Source of the DNA: a bacterium | GTDB taxonomy: Bacteria; Hinthialibacterota; Hinthialibacteria; Hinthialibacterales; Hinthialibacteraceae | NCBI GenBank assembly: GCA_963663405.2 | Contig: CAXXSM010000150.1 | Location: 32,001-96,000, forward strand | DNA: 64,000 bases | Direction of reading: 5' to 3' | Shown here: positions 1 through 9,479 of the stretch, piece after piece | How the letters are laid out: each line of letters opens with the position of its first letter | How positions within the stretch are numbered: the stretch's first letter is position 1 | Notes under the pieces: model-generated | The model's input: the letters and a program-made list of their open reading frames with translations, nothing else | What the model was told of the DNA's origin: nothing | The model's database searches: none | Program-made: the position numbers and the translations under genes

Positions 1-146
1 TTGCGGAAATGATCGTGGAACCGATTCATGTAAGCTGCGTCTTGTTCTTCAGTCCATTGCGTCCATCCTGCGCTGCACAGGCACACGAGCAACCCCACCG
101 CGATGATTGATCTGCGCTGAATTGAATAATCGTTTTCATTTCTCAT
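1..146 (-). CDS. 5' part of a probable secreted protein that runs off the window edge
   Basis: ATG at 146 behind a purine-rich RBS; reads MRNENDYSIQRRSIIAVGLLVCLCSAGWTQ..., a signal-peptide-like N-terminus; open to position 1. Confidence 0.55.
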   Translation of the reverse strand, partial: MRNENDYSIQRRSIIAVGLLVCLCSAGWTQWTEEQDAAYMNRFHDHFR

Positions 147-188
147 TAGTATTTTCCTTTTCCTATACGTAATCCTTGCTTGATTCTT

Positions 189-1997
189 TCAAAACGAATT
201 GATAAGCGTTCGGATGGCTTGAACTTGTTCGATCGCCTCCGCAAAATCACCGTTTGCATAGGCCGTGTCAAATTTGGAGATCAATACGGATAAATTCCAT
301 ACTTTTGTGGAATTTTCCATGATACCGGGAGTGGAGCGAGGTTCTTTATCAGGAATCGCGTCCATCAGTTCTCTTTCCAAGACTCGAATCTCTTTCCGGA
401 AGCCCTGATATTGAATCTCGCGAACAATGTCGAGTAGATAGCGCCGTTCGTCTGGGCTTATATCATCCTTAAACGCTTGCTTAATACGATCCGGAACCGG
501 CGCGGCGCAGATTGATTTCATTTCCTCAATCAGCTTTTTGTTTAAGCGGATCGATTCAGGCAGGGCTTCATAAGTATAGAACGCCTGCATGGCTTTCCAA
601 TCATCGCCGAAATCCCGGTTTTTCACATCGCTGACGTTCGCCGTTCGATAGGGTAAAGGAGAATCAGTAGAAAAATATTCCCAACGGTCAAAATAGCCGT
701 CATCGGTGGTATCGAACATCCGCACTTCCGCTAATGGTTCAAGATTTCCAATTCGGCCCACAAGCAGCCAGCCTTCCGAAGCGCCTTTGAGATGCAGCCG
801 GTGATCGACTGGACTGTAATAGATCTCACGCCGATCAGATGGAGAACCGAGAAACTCACGGCGGACATTCCAATCCTGCACGGGCCCGCCGGTATTATGA
901 AGGATACGCCGTTTCCAAGTCCAGAAGACACCCTCCCAGCGGCGGTCGTATTCAGGACGCGCGGGATGGCCGATTCGAAGCCCATAATCTTCAAATTCCC
1001 GCCACGTAAATCCTGTTTGTTCGGCGTGATAGGTGTCTGACACCTGGCGGGCTAAATCGTAAGGAATACAGACAGTCTTTTTCGGGGAGCGGCGGAGCGG
1101 CTGCTCGCGGATCATGCCGGGGAATTCATAGGGGCTAGCGCCGGTCATGGTGAATCCCATCTCATAGTGAAGAGGATTCTCTTTCGAACTCAGCCCATCG
1201 ATATCGAAACTATACCGGACATTCACCACACCCATGCGTTCCATCCCAGCGTCGTATTCTCCCTGATAGCGCCGTTGACTGTTGGCGTAATCGGGATCGG
1301 TCTCAGAGGAAAACGTGAGAGGCGCGGCGCTGAAACGGACAACGGCTTCCGATTCCCCATCGTTGTCAATGTCATAAAAAGAGAAAGGGCATTCTGAAAT
1401 AGGCAGCCATGTATTGTTGTGAGGATTGTATTTATTCATATAGATTTCGTTGGCGCCGTAGGGATCGCTGCGGAAAAAATTCGCGGTGTATTCATAGTCG
1501 GCGGTGTCCCACATCAATCCATCTCCATCAAGATCGTTTCCGAACCAGGACCGGCGCAATTCCCCATTAACGAAATAGCGGATATCCATCTCATCGGGAA
1601 CATTATCACCATCCGAATCGATATAATCAACCATCCGGTCAACAATTCCGTCGCATCCATAATCAGCGATGTAACAATCACTATCTCCATCACCTTGTGG
1701 ATGGTCGGCGTCCATATCTCCATCATCATCAAGAATCCAAACAATCATCTCTCCCTCTCCGCGCGTACGTTTTTCTTTGCGCACGATCATCATCCCGCCA
1801 CCGGCTAGTTTGGAGAGTCGCATCAATTGGGAACCGGTTTCCAGCTGGAGCGCCGTTTCCCACCAGTCTTTCTCATGTAGAACCAGGATTCCTCCCGGTT
1901 TCATACAAGTTTCTTCTTCCCACCACATCACCGCCGAATCGGTTGTTGGAGTCAATACACATAAAAGAGCAAAGATTAAAACTAGATTCCGAACCAT
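189..1997 (-). CDS. Secreted hypothetical protein with several DxDxDG-type Ca-binding motifs
   Basis: 602 aa ORF; hydrophobic signal peptide; DDDGD, DSDGD, DLDGDG and DIDNDG motifs. Confidence 0.75.
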   Translation of the reverse strand: MVRNLVLIFALLCVLTPTTDSAVMWWEEETCMKPGGILVLHEKDWWETALQLETGSQLMRLSKLAGGGMMIVRKEKRTRGEGEMIVWILDDDGDMDADHPQGDGDSDCYIADYGCDGIVDRMVDYIDSDGDNVPDEMDIRYFVNGELRRSWFGNDLDGDGLMWDTADYEYTANFFRSDPYGANEIYMNKYNPHNNTWLPISECPFSFYDIDNDGESEAVVRFSAAPLTFSSETDPDYANSQRRYQGEYDAGMERMGVVNVRYSFDIDGLSSKENPLHYEMGFTMTGASPYEFPGMIREQPLRRSPKKTVCIPYDLARQVSDTYHAEQTGFTWREFEDYGLRIGHPARPEYDRRWEGVFWTWKRRILHNTGGPVQDWNVRREFLGSPSDRREIYYSPVDHRLHLKGASEGWLLVGRIGNLEPLAEVRMFDTTDDGYFDRWEYFSTDSPLPYRTANVSDVKNRDFGDDWKAMQAFYTYEALPESIRLNKKLIEEMKSICAAPVPDRIKQAFKDDISPDERRYLLDIVREIQYQGFRKEIRVLERELMDAIPDKEPRSTPGIMENSTKVWNLSVLISKFDTAYANGDFAEAIEQVQAIRTLINSF

Positions 1998-2235
1998 TTT
2001 CTTTCCTCATCGATGAAAGTTGGATTTATCCATTTCAGTTATATAGGTAAATCCAACGAAATGGAGAAAGGTTGAAAATGAATTATATACGTCAAGCTAG
2101 AGGGGTTGATAGAGGAGTCCAGAAAAAAAAAGAGGGAATACCCAAGAACATTCGAATTAGTGGATCGATTTAAATTCTTATCATGCGTTGAAGAATAAGA
2201 ATATTGTTTACAGGGGAAGATGTTATTTGAAATAG

Positions 2236-2264
2236 TTGACATCGTACAACAAATGGCGTACATT
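2236..2264 (+). promoter_or_regulatory. Sigma70 promoter of the TA operon with a probable antitoxin operator
   Basis: TTGACA(2236)-17 bp-TACATT(2259); two GTAC half-sites (2244, 2258) overlap it; RBS AAGGAG at 2273. Confidence 0.65.
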
Positions 2265-2287
2265 AAAAATTAAAGGAGATTAAACTG

Positions 2288-2551
2288 ATGAGTATGGATG
2301 ATCGTATAAGTACACGAATTGATAGTAATTTGAAAGAAGCCGCAATAAAAATATTCCATCAACTTGGAATAACAGAAGGGGAGGCAATTCGTATGTTTTA
2401 TGCGCAAGTCAATCTTCATCAAGGTTTACCTTTTGATTTAAAAATCCCAAATAAAGAAACTATCGAAGCAATGAAAGAAGGCGAAAACGATTCAGGAAAT
2501 CTTCAGACATACGAGCGTTTTTCAGACGTGCGAAAAAAGTTGGGGATTTAA
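2288..2551 (+). CDS. dinJ: Type II antitoxin, RelB/DinJ family
   Basis: RIDxxLKxxA ribbon-helix-helix start and GLPFDLKIPNKETIEAM signature; directly upstream of the toxin. Confidence 0.9.
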   Translation: MSMDDRISTRIDSNLKEAAIKIFHQLGITEGEAIRMFYAQVNLHQGLPFDLKIPNKETIEAMKEGENDSGNLQTYERFSDVRKKLGI

Positions 2552-2821
2552 TTGCTCACTATTAAAACCACAAATATTTTTCTGAAGGATTTAAAACGTG
2601 TTTCAAAGCGTGGAAAGACTATCGATAAATTAGAGAAAATCGTCGATCTGCTACAAACCGAAGAATCCTTACCCCTGAATAATAAAGATCATACATTGAT
2701 AGGCGCCTGGTCTGGACATCGCGAATGTCACATTGATCCGGATTGGCTTTTAATTTACCGAATTGATGATAAAAACCTTATTCTTGAAAGAACAGGTTCG
2801 CATGCTGATTTATTTGGATAA
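2552..2821 (+). CDS. yafQ: Type II toxin, YafQ/RelE-family mRNA interferase
   Basis: DHxLxGxWxGHRECHIxPDWLLIY and C-terminal RTGSHADLF motifs. Confidence 0.92.
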   Translation: MLTIKTTNIFLKDLKRVSKRGKTIDKLEKIVDLLQTEESLPLNNKDHTLIGAWSGHRECHIDPDWLLIYRIDDKNLILERTGSHADLFG

Positions 2822-2982
2822 AACATAATGATGGCGGATTTGTTTTTTTCAAAGTTTTTATACAGTCTCACGATCGTATATATAAGACCATACTTTTTTA
2901 GACAGTACTCGACGCTCAAATAGTCTTTTAAAAAATGATTTTTCTGCCTCTTTTTGATACGTTTTACTTTTAGCAAAAGGCT

Positions 2983-3246
2983 CTACCGTAAAAGCGAACG
3001 GAGTTTAAATTTTCCCGTCCGGTCGCGGCGGATCTCGTCGATTTTCTCATCGATCTCATTCTCAACAGGATCTTTTTTTTCAGTCGTTACCGCCTCTTGT
3101 TTTTCTTCTTTTGTAGACGGCGCTGGAACCGGCGCTTTAGTTGAATAGGAGGGAGCCAGAGACGGAGCCTCCCGGCGATCGGCGCTCCCGCAGCCGATCA
3201 TTCCTATGATTGCGATGGTAAAAAATAGTAGGTGGTGTCGTTTCAT
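2983..3246 (-). CDS. Small putative lipoprotein
   Basis: Basic N-terminus, hydrophobic stretch, lipobox-like MIGC, low-complexity P/A/E/K body. Confidence 0.6.
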   Translation of the reverse strand: MKRHHLLFFTIAIIGMIGCGSADRREAPSLAPSYSTKAPVPAPSTKEEKQEAVTTEKKDPVENEIDEKIDEIRRDRTGKFKLRSLLR

Positions 3247-3410
3247 GATGATTTATTATAGAAAGAGCGTGAGAACTTGTATAGCCTTCATTCCACATGA
3301 TCGATGCAAAGAATGATGTGTTGAGGATTTATTGAACCTGCCACAGACGTTCCTGATTGAGTGACGATCCAATACACTTCCTATTCTAGAGTATAGAAAG
3401 GAAGGAATTG

Positions 3411-3788
3411 ATGATTCAAAAATTTGTATTGCTCGCAGCCGCGGGTGGATTGGGATCGTTGGCCCGGTATGGTCTATCCGGCGCGGTTCAGAAGATCGCA
3501 GGCGCGGAATTTCCGTGGGGAACCGCCGCCGTGAATGTAATCGGCTGTTTGGGATTTGGATTGATCTGGTCGCTGACGGAAGAGCGGTTTCTGATTAGTG
3601 GCGAGACACGCGCGATTGTGCTGACCGGCTTTATGGGAGCGTTTACAACGTTCTCCACCTACATTTTCGAAACAGGTCAGCTGATGCGGGATTCAGAATG
3701 GCTTCTCGCGGGCGTGAATGTGACGGGACAGATCGCGGCAGGTGTGTTCTTTTTGTTTCTGGGGATATTTATTGGCCGTATCTTATAA
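3411..3788 (+). CDS. crcB: Fluoride efflux channel CrcB/Fluc
   Basis: GGLGSLARY, FPWGTxxVNVIGC and TGFMGAFTTFST signatures. Confidence 0.95.
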   Translation: MIQKFVLLAAAGGLGSLARYGLSGAVQKIAGAEFPWGTAAVNVIGCLGFGLIWSLTEERFLISGETRAIVLTGFMGAFTTFSTYIFETGQLMRDSEWLLAGVNVTGQIAAGVFFLFLGIFIGRIL

Positions 3789-3803
3789 ATCTGGAGGCGG
3801 ATT

Positions 3804-4166
3804 ATGGGTTTGCGAAGCGAAGCGGAATTATTAAGAATCTTCATCGGGGAGAGCGACAAATTCGGCGGGCGGCCACTATATGAAGCGATCGTGCGGGAAG
3901 CGCGTGACCGAGGGCTCGCTGGCGCGACGGTCCTGCGGGGGCGGTTGGGCTATGGCGCGCATACGGTTTTGCATACCGCGAAGATCCTGCGCATCTCCGA
4001 AGACCTTCCGTTTATTGTTGAGATCGTAGACACACCACAAAAAATCGCCGATTTTCTGCCCCGTTTGGATGAAATGATGGAAGAAGGTCTAGTCACTCTC
4101 GAAAAAATCCGCGTAATCACTTACCGCCCCAAGAAAGTTGACGCCGATTCTTCATCGAAACAGTGA
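3804..4166 (+). CDS. DUF190 (PII-like) protein
   Basis: LLRIFIGESD...GLAGATVLRG..GYG...LPFIVEIVD; usual crcB neighbour. Confidence 0.9.
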   Translation: MGLRSEAELLRIFIGESDKFGGRPLYEAIVREARDRGLAGATVLRGRLGYGAHTVLHTAKILRISEDLPFIVEIVDTPQKIADFLPRLDEMMEEGLVTLEKIRVITYRPKKVDADSSSKQ

Positions 4167-4170
4167 TTTG

Positions 4171-5289
4171 TCACACAAGTAAATCACGAATCACACGCTC
4201 CGCTCGGGCTTTCCATGTATAGTTCGCCAGAAATGCGGCATGAGCGGCGTTCCCTAATTGAAGGCGAAGAGTTATATCCTCTTTCAATGTAAGCAAGTTT
4301 TGTATCCAACTATCCGGATCTTCTGGATCGCATAAAATCGCCGTTTCCCGATCGGTCAATACTTCCTTTAAAACGGCAATGCGCGAACAGAGAATCGCTT
4401 TTCCCGCCGCCATGTATTCAAACAATTTCAACGGTGACATCCATTGACTCGTATCCCCTCCCCCTGACACGCTGACCGATCGCTGATAGGGCGCGAGCAA
4501 CACATCAAAGGCGTTTCGATAATCGGCGGCTTTGGAGGGAGGCAGGAAACCATGGAAAACCATGTTCTCAAATGATTGACATTTCTCTTTACAGCGTTGA
4601 ATATCCGTTTCATTTCCACCGATAAAATGAAAATCCGCCCAGGGACAACGCGCCGCCATCTCTGCGATGATATGTATTCCTCTCCCTTCATATAAGTGGC
4701 CGATATAACCAACTTGGAGGCGGGATCGATCGAGTAGGAGAGAAGATTTAGCGGTTGCGCATGGATCGGCGGCGTCGTGAGATACGAGAATATCCGTTGT
4801 GTTTTGAAACGTATAATTCGTTTCGAAATAATCGCGCAGTGCGCTGGAGATGACAACGAACCGCTTGAACGAAGGTTTTCGGATCATGTTCCGAAACATC
4901 CATTCACAAATCCGCCCATGATTGGAGACAGGAAAATGCGCCTCGTAAACAACGGGAATCGTTCCCCTCGCGCAGAAAAAACATCCAGGCAGATACCGTC
5001 CATATATCAGATCCGGTTTTTGCTTACGCGCAGCTATCGCGGTTCGATACGCGTAATAATATCCACGTCCCGTCCATCGAATCCAGGGAAATTTTTGAAT
5101 GGCAAAGCGATTCTTTACTCCATAATAATCAAAGACATCATTCACACCCCGTTCTATAGCTGGATCATCCGGAGCGAAGAGAGTCACATCATGTCCCAAT
5201 GCAGCGAACGCGTTGCACATTTTCATGACATGAATGCTATTCGCCTCGCGGGAAGGGATGACTGAACTAGATAGATAGATAATACGCAT
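4171..5289 (-). CDS. Glycosyltransferase family 4
   Basis: GT-B fold motifs ANSIHVMKMCNAF and SPLKLFEYMAAGK (ExxxxG). Confidence 0.9.
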   Translation of the reverse strand: MRIIYLSSSVIPSREANSIHVMKMCNAFAALGHDVTLFAPDDPAIERGVNDVFDYYGVKNRFAIQKFPWIRWTGRGYYYAYRTAIAARKQKPDLIYGRYLPGCFFCARGTIPVVYEAHFPVSNHGRICEWMFRNMIRKPSFKRFVVISSALRDYFETNYTFQNTTDILVSHDAADPCATAKSSLLLDRSRLQVGYIGHLYEGRGIHIIAEMAARCPWADFHFIGGNETDIQRCKEKCQSFENMVFHGFLPPSKAADYRNAFDVLLAPYQRSVSVSGGGDTSQWMSPLKLFEYMAAGKAILCSRIAVLKEVLTDRETAILCDPEDPDSWIQNLLTLKEDITLRLQLGNAAHAAFLANYTWKARAERVIRDLLV

Positions 5290-5422
5290 AAAAGGTCAAT
5301 GATTGTGAATGTTAGTCCGTATAGGATCTGAGCCGCAACTCAATTTAAATGGACTCGTATTTCTCTTTCCCTATTTATATCGTTTTAGGGTAGGCATCCA
5401 AAACTTATGAATTATATTGACG

Positions 5423-6193
5423 TTATTGACTTTCCCCTAGTTGTTGGGACATATCAAAATCGGAAAAATACTTTTTTGGAATAACATTAGACGCCAACAC
5501 GCCAATCGAGAAATAAATTTGCATAAATTTCTCTAATTCCATCTCAACCGTGGTAATGATCTTTTGTGGAACAAAAATAATTCCTCCAGACATCGGCACG
5601 GGAGACGTTGGCACATAGACGAGACAGCACTCTTTATCATTAAATTGATAAACCTGATCGGAAACCAGCAATCCTAAAAAGCCAACTCCATTTTCTTGGC
5701 CAAAATCACAGTAGACAACATTCATGCCTTTCATTTCTTTTTGGGTATCTTTATCAAACATTTCAACAACTTTGGAAACCGATCCATAAAGGTTATTGAT
5801 GAATGGAATACGTAATAATATTTGGTTGAAACTATTTTGTATTTTTTTCTTTCCTACGATTCTGACAAAGATACCAAATCCAAAAATACCTCCAAAAAGG
5901 ATAATCCAACCGAGCGCGGTTGTGATGATCTGATTGGCCGTCCCAGCGATACCGATTTTCTCGATGAATTCGCCAAGTAAACTCTCAGGTCCGACAATCG
6001 CATGGATATAACCGCCTATCCAATTCAATATGGCAATGGTTAACGCCAATGGAAGAAGAACAAAGAGTCCTGTCATGAATGTCGACGTAATCCCGCGGTA
6101 TAGTATAGTACCCGCTTTCTTTTCTTTGCGTTCCTCGCCCGTTTGGTTGTTTGACTTTGTTTTAGTCACAGTATAGCCTCTTACTATCGCCAA
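5423..6193 (-). CDS. DUF502 membrane protein
   Basis: F.TGLFVLLPL.LT, RIPF...LY and VYVPTSPVPMSG motifs. Confidence 0.85.
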   Translation of the reverse strand: MAIVRGYTVTKTKSNNQTGEERKEKKAGTILYRGITSTFMTGLFVLLPLALTIAILNWIGGYIHAIVGPESLLGEFIEKIGIAGTANQIITTALGWIILFGGIFGFGIFVRIVGKKKIQNSFNQILLRIPFINNLYGSVSKVVEMFDKDTQKEMKGMNVVYCDFGQENGVGFLGLLVSDQVYQFNDKECCLVYVPTSPVPMSGGIIFVPQKIITTVEMELEKFMQIYFSIGVLASNVIPKKYFSDFDMSQQLGESQ

Positions 6194-6238
6194 TCCGAAA
6201 TGGATTCTATTAAGAATACGGATTTTGTAACGATCATG

Positions 6239-6949
6239 TTACTTACCTTGAGTAATGATTCTCTTTACAGATCGCAGTTTCGATTTTCCCCAACCAAACA
6301 TTCGCATCCCCACGCTCATACGTCCTGGAGAATCAGGGAAACAAACAGTTTCCGGCCATCCTTCACCTTTCGACCAGGGAGGGGCAACGAAGGGATGAGG
6401 GCTATCTTCTATCCGAAGGATGGTTAAACCTTGGCAATAGGGTATATGTATATAAGAAACAGAAAATTGTTTGGCGGCCTCTTTTAACGCGGCGGTCATT
6501 TCCCGGCCGCAGTGTTCCCCATGCGTGTCATGGATACAAACAAGACTGAATTGCCGCATCATGGGGAAAATTTTTTCTAAATCCAGTTTCGTTTGTTCAT
6601 AATCATGAGCCGCGTCGTGTACGGCGAAATCAAAAGGCGCTTCCATCTGTTTGAGAAATTCATCCGAACCGGATAAATGCAGTTCCCAATCGACTTCCTT
6701 CAATGTCAATAAATCGGCGAATCGATCCCGGTCAATATCACAGGAATACACTTTCCCACCGGTTGTTTTCATCGCCGCCCGCAACGCGCGCGTCGTTGTC
6801 CCAATCCCAAGATCCAGGACACGTTGAGCGTTCAAACCAACCGCGAATGAATAGATCGTCAATAGATGCTTGTTGACAGATCCGTTTGATTTATGAAATT
6901 CGTTCCATAGTTCTTCTTGTGTATAGGGCGCAAGATTGATTTGAGTCAT
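6239..6949 (-). CDS. Class I SAM-dependent methyltransferase (Methyltransf_24-like)
   Basis: VLDLGIG motif I, DFAVHDAAHDYE, IHD. Confidence 0.8.
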   Translation of the reverse strand: MTQINLAPYTQEELWNEFHKSNGSVNKHLLTIYSFAVGLNAQRVLDLGIGTTTRALRAAMKTTGGKVYSCDIDRDRFADLLTLKEVDWELHLSGSDEFLKQMEAPFDFAVHDAAHDYEQTKLDLEKIFPMMRQFSLVCIHDTHGEHCGREMTAALKEAAKQFSVSYIHIPYCQGLTILRIEDSPHPFVAPPWSKGEGWPETVCFPDSPGRMSVGMRMFGWGKSKLRSVKRIITQGK

Positions 6950-8115
6950 TATTCTTTTGTCTCCGTGACATACGGGGTATTATAAGACGGCTTGTCTGGA
7001 TTCGTTATAGCATCATCCACAATCGAATAGAGACGCTTACAAAACTCTTCCCGGCCTTCGAGGGACCATATTTTCTTATAGAGAGATTGTCCATTTTCCG
7101 CTAGTTCCCGCCGTTTCTCTTCATCTCTCAACAAGGTATGAAAGGATTCAATTAAATCGGACACATCCCATTTCATCGGCCAATATGTAATGTATGGAAT
7201 ATGTAAGTCAGGCCATGTCCGCAAGTGAGTCACATCCGGAGCCAGAAGCGCGGCGCCGGCGAGAAACGTCTCAAAATCTCGATAACAGATCTCACCCCAG
7301 CCAAATAAACTGAGGACAATCTTCGAACGTCGCATGGCTTGCCGGTATTCGGTTGGAGATATCTTTTTCCCAAATAAAATACCTGTATCATCGAGTGAGG
7401 TTAGTATTTCTCTCGCTCGTTTACGCTGAAAGGATATGGTTTCCCTTTCATATTCATAATGAAAGAGCGCCAGCATGTTGATATCCCTTTTATTTTCAGG
7501 AAAGTGGCAGCGAAGTGAATGCTCTAGTGTAAAATTTCTTTTAATAGAATCTCTACATAGTTCAGCGATTCGATTCCATTTTCCACCCAGCCGATTGTCA
7601 TATAAACCAAGATTCCACGAGAGGCCGATTTTCGTTTTGTCCCTATCATCTAAGGGAATATAGTCTTCCTCATACGAATCTTGTACTGCATAATACTCAT
7701 GAAAATAATGGGTATACAACCGATTTCCATATAACTGTTTTTGATACAGAGTCCAATCATTTAAAATCTGCTTTTTCAAATAGCGTGAGACATAGGGCGT
7801 CACTTCAAATTGTGTGTTTCCGGAACTATCTCTTTGATCGAACCAAATGATACGCTCATTTTTTTCCCGCAGCCTTTCGATAATTTCTAATATAGGTTTT
7901 TTATTCTCCACACGATGTTTTTCAAGATGAAAAAACCGTGATGACAAAAAAAGCAGATCACATTCATACAGTGATGGTTTGATTTCTGAAAAATATCGAA
8001 ATCTCAACCCCATTTTATCCAAAATTGATTTGTTGATGTAGATTGGATACCAATGCGGGGGCACAGGGCTGATATAAAACCGTGTTGGAACATCTAATAT
8101 ATGAACGCGTATCAC
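6949..8115 (-). CDS. Putative glycosyltransferase (GT-B C-terminal domain)
   Basis: SKIVLSLFGWGEICYRDFE...LAENGQ; translationally coupled within the glycan cluster. Confidence 0.65.
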   Translation of the reverse strand: MIRVHILDVPTRFYISPVPPHWYPIYINKSILDKMGLRFRYFSEIKPSLYECDLLFLSSRFFHLEKHRVENKKPILEIIERLREKNERIIWFDQRDSSGNTQFEVTPYVSRYLKKQILNDWTLYQKQLYGNRLYTHYFHEYYAVQDSYEEDYIPLDDRDKTKIGLSWNLGLYDNRLGGKWNRIAELCRDSIKRNFTLEHSLRCHFPENKRDINMLALFHYEYERETISFQRKRAREILTSLDDTGILFGKKISPTEYRQAMRRSKIVLSLFGWGEICYRDFETFLAGAALLAPDVTHLRTWPDLHIPYITYWPMKWDVSDLIESFHTLLRDEEKRRELAENGQSLYKKIWSLEGREEFCKRLYSIVDDAITNPDKPSYNTPYVTETKE

Positions 8116-8153
8116 AATATTTAAATAAAATAATTTCTGAATGTGGCAAACAA

Positions 8154-9437
8154 TTAGAGTAATTTCTGAATATCGATGATAACCATCGCTCGTTTATTAT
8201 TGCACGCTGTGTCGATACAAACAAAGCGTCCACTTGGACTCCACCGAGGATGCAAATCGCATTTAATCTCACCACGATATTCATCCGGATTGTAAAACGA
8301 ACCGATCTGCGTCATTGAGTCTTTTTTGATAGTATAAAGAAAAACATTTTGTTCACTGTACCTATCCGGGTATGTGTCCACCAATAAGAAGCGGCCATCA
8401 GGAGAAAACGTAGGATGTCCATCGGACGTCAAATGAGTTTCTCCCACAATCGATCGTTCATTTGTTTTATCCAGATATTGATAGTAGTGAGTTCCTGAAT
8501 TTTTATGTGTAGCGTATACAATTAATTCGTGGTCATTTTTCCATGTATAATGAGACGCGTGCCCCTCGTTCGCAATTGGAAACCAATCACTCCCATCGAG
8601 ACCGCAAGTAATCAACCTAGAATAACGCCGCTCATCCTTCATCCAAAAGTGCATAAATAAAAAACGTGACGCCGATGGATTGAAGAGAAGATGATTAAAA
8701 TAATGCGCCGCGCCTTTCATACTTTCATGTGGTTGAAAGGCGGCGGCGTCTGCAAGTGTAAAAAGCAATTCCCTTTTTTTTGAGTGAAGGTCAATCCGCC
8801 AAATTCCATTCCGATCCGGCGCCAATTGATCCTTTGTTTCATCAGGCGCGTTTACAAATCCATACCCTGGACGCAGCCTCTGCAACCTGGAAAAATTCAA
8901 CGAGAGAGCCCAGCGCCCATCATGGCTGACTGTAAAGACTGGAAACGAATACGCCTCTATGATTTTTTTAGTTCCGATATCCTGCGCTACACAACCATAT
9001 TGCTTGTCAACCATCTTGTTATACAAAACAGATGATTGTGAATCATAGGGATACCATTGCAACCGGCAGCCCAATTGCCATCCCCACGTTTCTGTGTGTC
9101 CGATTTCTGTAAAACCTTTACCTAGATCGAATCGATCGAAATAACCGATGCTTAATTGTGTATTGGGATCCGGCCGTTTATTCTCTTCCGGACCGAGATT
9201 CGCCAGCGCATACCGGTCATCTATACTGAAAGGAGAAACATCATAATACCCAAAAAAGAGATGCCTTTCCGGGTGCGAAAGAACTTGTGTTTTAACATCT
9301 GGAAAACGGGATCTTTGCGCTATTTTGTAAATCCAATTGCGGGATGGCCGGATGCAGCGCGCGCGGATATGAGATACGATTTTGATTAGCCGGGATACGG
9401 TTGAATCATCAAGTAAGGATATTAGTTTTTTTTTCAC
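8154..9437 (-). CDS. TolB-like beta-propeller protein (oligogalacturonate-lyase-like)
   Basis: FFGYYD.SPF, GHPTFSPDGR and CDLHPRWSPSG propeller blades. Confidence 0.7.
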   Translation of the reverse strand: MKKKLISLLDDSTVSRLIKIVSHIRARCIRPSRNWIYKIAQRSRFPDVKTQVLSHPERHLFFGYYDVSPFSIDDRYALANLGPEENKRPDPNTQLSIGYFDRFDLGKGFTEIGHTETWGWQLGCRLQWYPYDSQSSVLYNKMVDKQYGCVAQDIGTKKIIEAYSFPVFTVSHDGRWALSLNFSRLQRLRPGYGFVNAPDETKDQLAPDRNGIWRIDLHSKKRELLFTLADAAAFQPHESMKGAAHYFNHLLFNPSASRFLFMHFWMKDERRYSRLITCGLDGSDWFPIANEGHASHYTWKNDHELIVYATHKNSGTHYYQYLDKTNERSIVGETHLTSDGHPTFSPDGRFLLVDTYPDRYSEQNVFLYTIKKDSMTQIGSFYNPDEYRGEIKCDLHPRWSPSGRFVCIDTACNNKRAMVIIDIQKLL

Positions 9438-9479
9438 AGCGGAATCAACACAATAGTACTACACTTCACAAAAACTTAT

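Noticed and set aside
3378-3404. Resemblance to an FRT recombination scar (TTCCTATTC..TAGA..GTATAG)
   Set aside because: Spacer and outer arms do not match the 34-bp FRT site, and nothing else suggests engineering.
3250-3410. Fluoride riboswitch upstream of crcB
   Set aside because: The conserved GAUG...GUUC and CUGAUG..CUAC elements are not recognisable.
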